A stretch of 28,859 nt of DNA from a virus (Duplodnaviria; Caudoviricetes). Location of the stretch: IMG/VR virus record IMGVR_UViG_3300043416_000141, positions 1-28,859 of that record; one strand, given 5' to 3'. Below, in pieces: positions 1 through 6,728 of the stretch. The notes below the pieces were generated by a model, which did no database searches, was not told the DNA's origin, and saw only the letters and a list, made by a program, of their open reading frames with translations. The stretch's first letter is position 1; every line of letters starts with the position of its first letter. A program made the position numbers and the translations under genes.

Positions 1-103
1 TCGTCGGACATCTCCAGCGATATAAACAGGGTCGGCACCCGGTGCTCGATGGCTGCTGCCCGGGCTATTGCGATGGCGATGGCGGTCTTTCCGATGCTTG
101 GCC
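1..103. repeat. Terminal direct repeat, left copy (103 bp); circular-assembly overlap
   Basis: Bases 1-103 (tcgtcggaca...tgcttggcc) are identical to 28757-28859 and lie inside dnaB. Confidence 0.97.
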
Positions 104-707
104 TGGCCGCAATGATGGCCAGCTCGCCGAACTGGAATCCGTCGGTCATTCGATCCAGTCGATGGAAGCCCGAGGTGATGCCGGACAGGTGTCCCTTCCT
201 GGCGAAGCGCTCCTGGGTAGAGTCGATGAACCGACTGACTACCGACTTGCAGGGTTGCACCTCTTCCTTGGAGGCCTCGACGGTGAGCCCTGCTTCGGCA
301 TTGGCGACGATTTGATCCACAGACAGGGTGGAGACAGCGGAGTCGCGAATCAGACGGTCACCGGCGAATCGTAACTGCCGGCGGTGATGGGCCTCGAGGA
401 CAGCCTTGGAGAACTCGGGATGGTTGGACGGGCTGGGGCACATCTCGTCGCACTTGTTCAGAGCCTCAAAAGGCACCGGAGTCTGGCCCATCGTGCGCTT
501 CCACTCCTTGACCACGGTCGTCATGTTGACCGGATCGCTCTTGGCAACGAGGCCTTTGGCAATCTCGAACACATTGTACAGATCGCTGTCCTGTAGAGCC
601 TCGCTCGGGATCTTGGCGAATACCTCGTGGCAGACATCCGAGCCACCGGATAGGCAGGCGCCCAGGAGGCCGAACTCGTCGTCCTCGGCGAAGTAGGGGT
701 CGCTCAT
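1..707 (-). CDS. dnaB: Replicative DnaB-family helicase, 5' part (continues across the circular junction to 28165; 432 aa in total)
   Basis: Not in the ORF track. Hand translation from ATG at 707 (ATGA overlap with the initiator stop) gives MSDPYFAEDDEFGLLGACL...GITSGFHRLDRMTDGFQFGELAIIAARPSIGKT (Walker A), in frame with 28165..28794. Confidence 0.93.
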   Translation of the reverse strand, partial: MSDPYFAEDDEFGLLGACLSGGSDVCHEVFAKIPSEALQDSDLYNVFEIAKGLVAKSDPVNMTTVVKEWKRTMGQTPVPFEALNKCDEMCPSPSNHPEFSKAVLEAHHRRQLRFAGDRLIRDSAVSTLSVDQIVANAEAGLTVEASKEEVQPCKSVVSRFIDSTQERFARKGHLSGITSGFHRLDRMTDGFQFGELAIIAARPSIGKTAIAIAIARAAAIEHRVPTLFISLEMSD

Positions 708-1447
708 TGCCAGTTAGTGATGTCGGCGCTGATAGCGCCTGGGTTGTTGTTGGATGAAAGACCTGCTTTAGAAGCAAAGATGCCAAGGTAATTGTTTGCC
801 ATTGAGTGATTCACCGCATCCGCAAACGTCTTGGCATCGAACTCTTTTGCCCATGCATTGAGAGCAGCCGAAAGGCCTAAGCGCTTATAACCGCTTTTAC
901 GCTCGGCTTTGTAGGCAAGCCAGGTCTCGACAGCAGCAAGGCATTCGTCCGTTTGGAGCTTCTCGGGTAGGATCAGGCCGAACTTAACTTCCCAAAGAGG
1001 TTTCGCCAGAACATCAGGCACGACGACAGTCGCCGAATCCTCTCCCTGTTCCTCTTCCCTGTTCCCATTCCCTGTTCCAAGGCTATTATTCTCGAATCCT
1101 CGCGAACCCTCGCGAACATCGTCGAATGATGGCAGTTTAGAGATCGAAGGCTTGTCGATTTTCTGGTGATTTGCCCATTTTGGCAGGTCTAAATAGGATT
1201 CACCGTCGACCACGTAGATCCGAATGCATCCCTGCTTCTCAAGTTCAGCGATCCAACTCGGAAGTCTCTTGAAAGCATCATCGTCGTAAGGGAAAAGACG
1301 GCTCGCGAGGAGTCGCGAGGATGCGCGAGCCCTCCCGACATCGTCGCAGCATGAGAAGAGCCCGATAAAAAGGAGTCGAGCCTCTCTCGAAACTCTGCCC
1401 AGGCTTTCTGACTCCCAGAACTCGGGCTTGATTGATCGGATTCTCAT
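704..1447 (-). CDS. Phage replication initiator / replisome organiser (O-like), 247 aa
   Basis: Starts MRIRSIKPEFW at ATG 1447 (ATGA overlap with the HNH stop). Has a wHTH-like N-domain ending W..HQKI, a low-complexity linker and a helical C-domain, and lies directly upstream of dnaB. Confidence 0.75.
   Translation of the reverse strand: MRIRSIKPEFWESESLGRVSREARLLFIGLFSCCDDVGRARASSRLLASRLFPYDDDAFKRLPSWIAELEKQGCIRIYVVDGESYLDLPKWANHQKIDKPSISKLPSFDDVREGSRGFENNSLGTGNGNREEEQGEDSATVVVPDVLAKPLWEVKFGLILPEKLQTDECLAAVETWLAYKAERKSGYKRLGLSAALNAWAKEFDAKTFADAVNHSMANNYLGIFASKAGLSSNNNPGAISADITNWQ
1041..1340. repeat. Iteron-like 10-bp-period repeats inside the initiator gene (candidate origin)
   Basis: 1089-1126 has repeated (T)CGCGAA/TCGAA units at 10-bp spacing; 1301-1330 reads gctcgcgagg/agtcgcgagg/atgcgcgagc; 1041-1080 is a pyrimidine-skewed tract. 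Confidence 0.5.
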
Positions 1448-1932
1448 TGGATGTTTTCCTTTTTGATGTCTGCCAACCTGACTTGGTTCCTTAATTTTCC
1501 GAGCCATTCATCGGTCATAATCCCAGCTTCAGCAGCATCCTTGAGAAGGTGAGCGATCTCAAACGGAGGCCATCCAATCTCATGCCCCGCTCGTTCGATA
1601 AAAAACAGGCATCCCTCGTCTGGATCTATGTCCTGCTGCAACATTTCAATCTGCCGTCCAATCTCAAAGCACGCCGAAACCTCCCACAAGTAAAAGTAAG
1701 AAGGCCTTGGGCAGGAATCATCGTTGCCTTCAATGTGACACTTACGGCAGAGCGTCACCATTGATTGGTCTGGGTATTCCCAGGGCATCCTCCCTGAGAT
1801 GTAGTAAAAGTGGTGAACCGTCAGCGTGTTGGTCTTCGACGAGCACTTAATGCACTGAAAGCCGTCTCTCGACATGATTTCTAGGCGCTTCTTCTGCCAC
1901 TGAGGATGTTGGAGCTTTTCGGAATAGGTCAT
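1444..1932 (-). CDS. HNH endonuclease with C-terminal extension
   Basis: W..KRLEIMSRDGFQCIKC...VHH...LCRKCH zinc-binding HNH signature. Confidence 0.85.
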   Translation of the reverse strand: MTYSEKLQHPQWQKKRLEIMSRDGFQCIKCSSKTNTLTVHHFYYISGRMPWEYPDQSMVTLCRKCHIEGNDDSCPRPSYFYLWEVSACFEIGRQIEMLQQDIDPDEGCLFFIERAGHEIGWPPFEIAHLLKDAAEAGIMTDEWLGKLRNQVRLADIKKENIQ

Positions 1933-1943
1933 AATTCAAACGG

Positions 1944-2075
1944 AAAACCCCACCCAATCCGTGCTAGGAACTCCCGTACAAGCAACGGGACGTGACACGG
2001 AAAGAGTGGGGAAAAGTGAGTTGAACATGGCTTGTAGTTGTGGTGCCTGCGCTCGCTTCCTAGGGCTCACGCTGA
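1944..2075 (-). ncRNA. Structured RNA with c4/CI-antisense-like architecture
   Basis: Nested stems 2004-2011/1948-1955 (G-U wobble only on the minus strand), 1996-2001/1958-1963 and 1985-1990/1972-1977. The loop and bulge are complementary to upstream 7-mers at 2030-2036 and 2057-2063. Confidence 0.65.
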
Positions 2076-2082
2076 CTGGTCT

Positions 2083-2111
2083 TCATTAGCTGACAGCCTG
2101 GTCGATGTCCA
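2083..2111 (-). promoter_or_regulatory. Possible sigma70-type promoter for the structured RNA / replication operon
   Basis: TGGACA-N17-TAATGA on the minus strand just after the exonuclease stop; the -10 match is weak. Confidence 0.3.
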
Positions 2112-2115
2112 GCCC

Positions 2116-2778
2116 TCAGTAAGCCGGCATCAGCACATCAGCCACCGCCTGGGTTAGCTTCACATCCTGGATGCAGTAGTCGATGGCTGCCTGGCGGTCG
2201 GTGTTCCACAGCATAGAAAAGTCGGCGCCGCTGCCTGACTTCTCACCGAGTCCCAGGTGCCGGCTGATCGACGCAAGGCTGCCGTGAGCCCGATTGTCCC
2301 CGAGCTGCCACACCTCCCGAAGGTCGACCACTAGCTCCGACCAGTAGCGGCCGTTCCTCAGCCAATAGGGCGGCATGATCTTGTGGCGCCAGGAGCGTTT
2401 GATGAGGAACGGCAAGTCGAAGGCCTTGATGTTGAATCCGATAAGCTGCGGCTGGCGCTCGTAGTAGTTGAGCAGCGCCCACCATTGTCGCAGCAGGTGG
2501 GCCTCACCATCGGCATCGGCGCAGAGGATGTTCTGCTCCTGATGATCGACCCGGTAGCCGATGCACAGCACCTGGCCCGACAGGGCATCCAAGGCGGCAT
2601 TACGGATGTAGTCCGCGGTGTGACTCTCCTCGGCCTTCTGGAGCTTCTCGGCGATCAGGTCGGGGTTCTTGATGTTGCCCATCTTGACCTGCGTTGGGTC
2701 GAAGGGCGGGATGTTGAGCTGCTCGAGCGGTAGAGGCCCGGTCTCGATGTCGAAGTAAATGTTTGGATTGGCTGGCAT
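2116..2778 (-). CDS. DEDDy 3'-5' exonuclease (PolB/DnaQ-like, RNase H fold)
   Basis: ExoI FDIET, ExoII GFNIKAFD and ExoIII YCIQDV motifs. Confidence 0.85.
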   Translation of the reverse strand: MPANPNIYFDIETGPLPLEQLNIPPFDPTQVKMGNIKNPDLIAEKLQKAEESHTADYIRNAALDALSGQVLCIGYRVDHQEQNILCADADGEAHLLRQWWALLNYYERQPQLIGFNIKAFDLPFLIKRSWRHKIMPPYWLRNGRYWSELVVDLREVWQLGDNRAHGSLASISRHLGLGEKSGSGADFSMLWNTDRQAAIDYCIQDVKLTQAVADVLMPAY

Positions 2779-2865
2779 TTGTCAGAGTTGTTGAGAGTTG
2801 TTGCGCGTTTGTCGGCCGATGCGCGCCCCCGGCACTACGAGTCCCCAGCAGCAACAGGCTGCCGG
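2779..2865 (-). promoter_or_regulatory. Structured 5' leader (hairpin + H-type pseudoknot), copy 1
   Basis: Hairpin at 2845-2865, then GCCGG..GCGCG..UCGGC..CGCGC, then ACAACUCUC before the ATG; similar to 6729-6790. Confidence 0.5.
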
Positions 2866-2872
2866 AAGGTGG

Positions 2873-3268
2873 TCATATCTTTTTGCCGCAATGTGGGCAA
2901 ACGAGGAAGTTAATGGGCTCCCGGGTTGTCGGTACACCGAGCCATTCACAGATTTCGTGATAGCTTACCCACCCGAATCCGCGGACAGCTCCTGGTTGCA
3001 GGTGCCCGGTGTTGTAGAGGTCGAGGGCCTCCTGGCGGCTCCGGATCGACAGGCGTTCCAGGGTGTTAAACGTCCTAACCGTGAACGGGAATCCCCATTG
3101 TCGCAGGATCTCCTCGTGCATCTCGGCCGACTGCTCGATCTGTTTGATGCGCTGGCGAGACAAGTTAAAGTGCGCTCCGATCTCCTCGAGGGTCTTGCCT
3201 TCGGAGCGCATCCGAACCACCTCGGGCACTTTGTCGACCAGTTTGACGTAGGGCTTCCTGGGTTTCAT
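2873..3268 (-). CDS. Sigma70 region-4 HTH fused to an RNA polymerase alpha-CTD-like domain
   Basis: KTLEEIGAHFNLSRQRIKQIE resembles RpoD region 4.2; FTVRTFNTL...RGFGWVSYHEICEWL resembles the RpoA CTD (LTVRSANCL...NLGKKSLTEI). C-terminal CPHCG. Confidence 0.75.
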   Translation of the reverse strand: MKPRKPYVKLVDKVPEVVRMRSEGKTLEEIGAHFNLSRQRIKQIEQSAEMHEEILRQWGFPFTVRTFNTLERLSIRSRQEALDLYNTGHLQPGAVRGFGWVSYHEICEWLGVPTTREPINFLVCPHCGKKI

Positions 3269-4008
3269 TAGAAGGGCACGTCGTCGAAGTTGGGTTCATC
3301 GGCCTTGGCCAGCTCCTCGAGGCGCCAGTTGATTCCGGCGATCAGCGCGATGTCTTCCGGGCTCTTGCCGGAGCTTACTTTAGCCTTGGGTAGCCAGTGC
3401 TCGGCCAGGCCACGCACGGCGTCCGGTGTCAGCTCGGACAGCGGCACGCCCTTGAATTTACCGACGTGCACCTTGATCGGGCTAATGGCGACCGTTGCCG
3501 CGGTAGCCGGCGCTACAGTCTTCACCTGGCCATCTTCCTTAGCCGGCCTGTCTTCCATGCGGATCCACAGGCCCGAGGGCTTGAGCGGCTCGCCGTTCTT
3601 GTGAGCCATGATCAGCTTGATGTTGCTGAACGTCTTGGTGCCGTCCTGGCTCTGCTCATGGACGATCACCACGGTGGCTGGTCGGCCGATGAGGCTGTCC
3701 AGGTCGAGGCTGGTGGTCTCCTCGGCGGTAAGGGCCCGACCATGCCAATCTCGGAGGAACTTGGTCAGGCCGGCCTTCTCATGCAGGCTGGCGGTCATCG
3801 GCGCCGTCATGACTACCCAGGGCTGCACCGGGGTTCGAGACTTGTCGATCATGTCCAGCTCGAACGCGATCTTGAACTTCTGCTTGATGCCGTACTCGGT
3901 CTCGTAGGCCCGTAACGGTGTGATGTCGACGCACACCGCGCGGCCGGTGTACTCTGGGCACGGTGTGAAGGTGCCGCCTGTTTGTTTCGTTGATACTGTG
4001 ATACCCAT
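3268..4008 (-). CDS. Probable single-stranded DNA-binding protein (OB-like) with a GKFKG mini-domain
   Basis: Acidic C-terminal tail NFDDVPF typical of SSBs, beta-rich N-domain, and position in the replication arm. Confidence 0.6.
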   Translation of the reverse strand: MGITVSTKQTGGTFTPCPEYTGRAVCVDITPLRAYETEYGIKQKFKIAFELDMIDKSRTPVQPWVVMTAPMTASLHEKAGLTKFLRDWHGRALTAEETTSLDLDSLIGRPATVVIVHEQSQDGTKTFSNIKLIMAHKNGEPLKPSGLWIRMEDRPAKEDGQVKTVAPATAATVAISPIKVHVGKFKGVPLSELTPDAVRGLAEHWLPKAKVSSGKSPEDIALIAGINWRLEELAKADEPNFDDVPF

Positions 4009-4036
4009 GTTGTTGCTGTGTTATGTTGTGTTGTTG

Positions 4037-4228
4037 TTACTTGGAGGATTGCTTTTCAACCTCCGAAAGCTGTTTTGCCATGCGGTCGTATTGCGACCAG
4101 TACTCGGGCCAGGCTGCCTTGATCTTCGCCAGATTCTCTGGGTCTGCCACCAGCGCCGCGGCACCGAGTTTGCGAACGAATGACCCGCCGTATTCGATCA
4201 TCGTGAAGGCTACGTCGAAGTCTCTCAT
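4037..4228 (-). CDS. Small conserved phage protein (63 aa)
   Basis: ATG at 4228 in ATGA overlap; YGGSFVRKLG..ADPEN..KIKAAWPEYW motif familiar from phage early regions. Confidence 0.7.
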   Translation of the reverse strand: MRDFDVAFTMIEYGGSFVRKLGAAALVADPENLAKIKAAWPEYWSQYDRMAKQLSEVEKQSSK

Positions 4229-4419
4229 TGCAGGATAAAGTCGAAGTTGATCTTCCAGTTGTCGCCGAGGCGGTTGTAGGTGTCGCCCTTGATCTTCCAA
4301 AGGCGAGGATTGCGAGTCGTCCCAGTGTGTCGGCACCGGATTCTGACATCGATGTCCTGTATTGCGACGTTCCGCAGCCGGTGGTCGGTAGGCAGGTCGT
4401 GAAGGTATTGTGCGCTCAT
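4225..4419 (-). CDS. Hypothetical protein (64 aa)
   Basis: ATGA overlaps on both sides tile the operon. Confidence 0.65.
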   Translation of the reverse strand: MSAQYLHDLPTDHRLRNVAIQDIDVRIRCRHTGTTRNPRLWKIKGDTYNRLGDNWKINFDFILQ

Positions 4420-4616
4420 TTCAACAGATCCTTAATGTATTGCGTCCTTTGTCGGGTCGATGCTGTTAGGATGTTCTCGAGGCAGACGTGAGGGTTGACT
4501 GTTGAGACGTGCTTCCACTCTGGTCTGTTATCGACCCGTCGCGCTGTCTCTAGACTTTCCACTCGGATAGCTCCGTTGGTTTTGTGAACGTAGATGAATG
4601 CGGGGCTGTCTTTCAT
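4416..4616 (-). CDS. Hypothetical protein (66 aa)
   Basis: ATGA overlaps on both sides; GGAGG upstream. Confidence 0.65.
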   Translation of the reverse strand: MKDSPAFIYVHKTNGAIRVESLETARRVDNRPEWKHVSTVNPHVCLENILTASTRQRTQYIKDLLK

Positions 4617-4822
4617 TTGGCCTCCGTATCACGCCACAGTAATAGATCAGCGCGGAGTGCATCGTTCTCGGCTTCAATCTGGTCGATGTAAGCCTGTCGC
4701 CCTGCCGCAAATCGCTCAAATCTACGGCATAACATTGCCAAGTCGGGGACGTTGTGAGGAGTTGAGTCGCAGATCGGGGTATCGCTGATCATTTTCGTGA
4801 CGTCAGGAATATGATCGCTCAC
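4613..4822 (-). CDS. Hypothetical protein, SDTP / coiled-coil type (69 aa)
   Basis: GTGA overlap start; SDTP motif and heptad C-terminus shared with its neighbour. Confidence 0.65.
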   Translation of the reverse strand: MSDHIPDVTKMISDTPICDSTPHNVPDLAMLCRRFERFAAGRQAYIDQIEAENDALRADLLLWRDTEAK

Positions 4823-5034
4823 GGCTGGTCCTCCCTCGCTTTGAGCCAGTCAATATACGTAAACGGGTTGTGATTGTTGGCGAGTGCATCCCCCGCTTCC
4901 TCCAGCCGCTTGATGCGGTCGTTGGCCGCGTTGAGTTCGCGTTCGAGTTTCAGGCCTTCAGTTAATAGATATGATTCAGTGCAATCTTCCTGTGCCTTAC
5001 GAAGCGCAAGGTTCATCCTCGGGGTGTCACTCAT
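4819..5034 (-). CDS. Hypothetical protein MSDTPR... coiled coil (71 aa)
   Basis: ATG at 5034 in ATGA overlap; LERELNAANDRIKRLEE coiled coil. Confidence 0.65.
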   Translation of the reverse strand: MSDTPRMNLALRKAQEDCTESYLLTEGLKLERELNAANDRIKRLEEAGDALANNHNPFTYIDWLKAREDQP

Positions 5035-5255
5035 TTGCACTCCCTCGCTCGCAGCATCGCGTCGGCGATGAGGTATGCCATTGCTGCGGAGTTATCCATG
5101 TTTTCATACCATCCCACTTCGTTAATTGCCGCCGCCGCGAAGTAGTCGCGCAGGGTCATGCCGATGAATTTGCGAGTGTCACAGACTTCACCGTTGCAGC
5201 GTATTTGTTCCTCGCTAGGAAACGCCGGTCCTCCGTCGTTGATTGGTGCGCTCAT
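5031..5255 (-). CDS. Conserved small phage protein (GGPAFP...GMTLRDYFAA family)
   Basis: Motifs DGGPAFP, GMTLRDYFAAAA and AYLIADAML. Confidence 0.8.
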   Translation of the reverse strand: MSAPINDGGPAFPSEEQIRCNGEVCDTRKFIGMTLRDYFAAAAINEVGWYENMDNSAAMAYLIADAMLRARECK

Positions 5256-5449
5256 TTCGTTTCCTCGACTCTCACCATCGGAACAAAGTCCAATCGGTTG
5301 CTCTCGTCGATTGCGATGCCCCAGTTATTGCGGCGGCAGCACAGCTCGGTTGCGTTGAGGACCTCCATTACCTTTGCTTGCGGCAGGTAGATGGATAGCA
5401 GCCCTTTGAAGGTGAGGCGTAAAGTCTCTGATTTGTTTTGCTCGCTCAT
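5252..5449 (-). CDS. Hypothetical protein (65 aa)
   Basis: Likely start is ATG 5449 (MSEQNK) in ATGA overlap, not the track's 5596. Confidence 0.6.
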   Translation of the reverse strand: MSEQNKSETLRLTFKGLLSIYLPQAKVMEVLNATELCCRRNNWGIAIDESNRLDFVPMVRVEETK

Positions 5450-5634
5450 TTGGCCTCCTTCTTTTCCTCTTTGATTTCGCGGATGATGTCGCACAGGCCG
5501 ATGCAAATGGCCATGTATCCTTGTGGATTGGCCATGCCATTCCGGTCGCAGATATCCTGGCCTCGTTTCATCGCATCCAAACCGACTACCTGCCATGGTT
5601 CGTTGATAAACGAGCTGATTTTCTTTCCGCTCAC
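5446..5634 (-). CDS. Hypothetical protein (62 aa)
   Basis: GTGA and ATGA overlaps tile the operon. Confidence 0.6.
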   Translation of the reverse strand: MSGKKISSFINEPWQVVGLDAMKRGQDICDRNGMANPQGYMAICIGLCDIIREIKEEKKEAK

Positions 5635-5810
5635 GGCTTGGCCTCCAACGCCATGAAAGCGATCTGAGATTCGGTCGAGCGGTTTCCTCGGTAGTCCTGA
5701 TTAGCTATGCGGCGAAGTGCTGCCTCCAGGTGCGCGATCCTGGCTCGGGCATCCTCCAGCTCCTTGTACGTTTTGGTGGCGTCGATGGTTCTCATCTCCT
5801 CAATAGTCAC
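5631..5810 (-). CDS. Hypothetical coiled-coil protein (59 aa)
   Basis: GTG at 5810 overlaps the resolvase TGA; ELEDARARIAHLEAALRRIA. Confidence 0.6.
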   Translation of the reverse strand: MTIEEMRTIDATKTYKELEDARARIAHLEAALRRIANQDYRGNRSTESQIAFMALEAKP

Positions 5811-6262
5811 TTGAGCCCCTCCGAGATCATTGCGTGCTCCAGGATCAGCACAGCGTCCGCCGTCCGCAGCGTGATCACCTGGCGAGGCTGTCGCTGCTGC
5901 GCGATGCCCTTCAGGTGGCTCTTCCACTTCGCACCATGGGTCGCCTTGGTGCCGGCCCCGATTGTTTTCTGCCAGCGTTGCGGGGGCACCTCGATGGCCC
6001 GGGTCTTGGATGCTGCTATCAGTCCGTGCAGGAATCCGACGTTGTAGCCAAAGTTGAACATCGAAGAGCCCGGGGCGCCCTTGCCGCCGACGTAACCGCC
6101 GACCTTCTCAATGTACACCACGTCGCTGATCGCCAGCCTTTCGGTCACCAGGATGCTGATGTCCTGGTCGGTCTCCGGCATTGAGTTCAGAATGATGCCT
6201 GATGGCCCGAGGTAGGCCAGGCCGCCCGATGCTCCTGGGTCGATTGCGAGTATGCGGGTCAA
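5807..6262 (-). CDS. RuvC-like Holliday junction resolvase (151 aa)
   Basis: TTG start at 6262 (TTGA overlap); acidic motifs ILAIDPG, VYIEKV, FNFG..VG, PQRWQK and TADAVLI. Confidence 0.85.
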   Translation of the reverse strand: MTRILAIDPGASGGLAYLGPSGIILNSMPETDQDISILVTERLAISDVVYIEKVGGYVGGKGAPGSSMFNFGYNVGFLHGLIAASKTRAIEVPPQRWQKTIGAGTKATHGAKWKSHLKGIAQQRQPRQVITLRTADAVLILEHAMISEGLK

Positions 6263-6396
6263 TTGGCAGCCTTTCTCAGCCAGGCCTGAATCGCCTTGTC
6301 GGCCACGGCCTGCAGTTTGAGGCCGGCAGCGAGGCAGTAAGTGCGCAGGGCCTTGTGGGTGGTTGGTGTCACGTTGATGGTTTTGAGTTTGGTCAT
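6259..6396 (-). CDS. Ribbon-helix-helix (Arc/CopG-like) regulator, 45 aa
   Basis: Below the track cutoff. Hand translation MTKLKTINVTPTTHKALRTYCLAAGLKLQAVADKAIQAWLRKAAN has a strand-helix-G-helix pattern and overlaps both neighbours by 4 nt. Confidence 0.75.
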   Translation of the reverse strand: MTKLKTINVTPTTHKALRTYCLAAGLKLQAVADKAIQAWLRKAAN

Positions 6397-6728
6397 TTGA
6401 GTTGCTTGCGGACTTTGTTCCAATAGGCCTCGGTAGCCTTCTTCTTGTTGTGTCCCTGAGGTCCCGCATTCCAGATCCGAGCCTGATCCTCAGTCGTCTT
6501 ACCCTTGCCGTAGTGCTTCAGGTAGGCCTCGCACACCGCCCGGGCCTGCACCCGGTTGGTCATCGACTGCCAGCGGTAGTTGCTGCCGGTGATCCGGTTC
6601 ACATCCTGCACCACGCCGCGGTGGATCTGCAGGGGGCCTATGGCGCGTCCGTTGTCGCCGATGGCAAGATCATTGCCCGAAGACTCGACGATGATCAGGG
6701 CGCTGATGAGGTTGGAGATTGTGGTCAT
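6393..6728 (-). CDS. Lysozyme-fold muralytic enzyme (i-type/destabilase- or SLT-like), 111 aa
   Basis: Start ATG 6728; catalytic VESSG, GPLQIH, ARIWNAGP and YWNKV motifs. Confidence 0.8.
   Translation of the reverse strand: MTTISNLISALIIVESSGNDLAIGDNGRAIGPLQIHRGVVQDVNRITGSNYRWQSMTNRVQARAVCEAYLKHYGKGKTTEDQARIWNAGPQGHNKKKATEAYWNKVRKQLK

Noticed and set aside
1-103. Terminal repeat as a biological DTR or att site
   Set aside because: It lies mid-dnaB and the gene reads through it; best explained as assembler overlap of a circular contig.
1944-2015. Structured element as a tRNA or a simple terminator
   Set aside because: No T/D-loop consensus or CCA; the multi-stem fold with loop complementarity to upstream sites fits an antisense-type RNA better.
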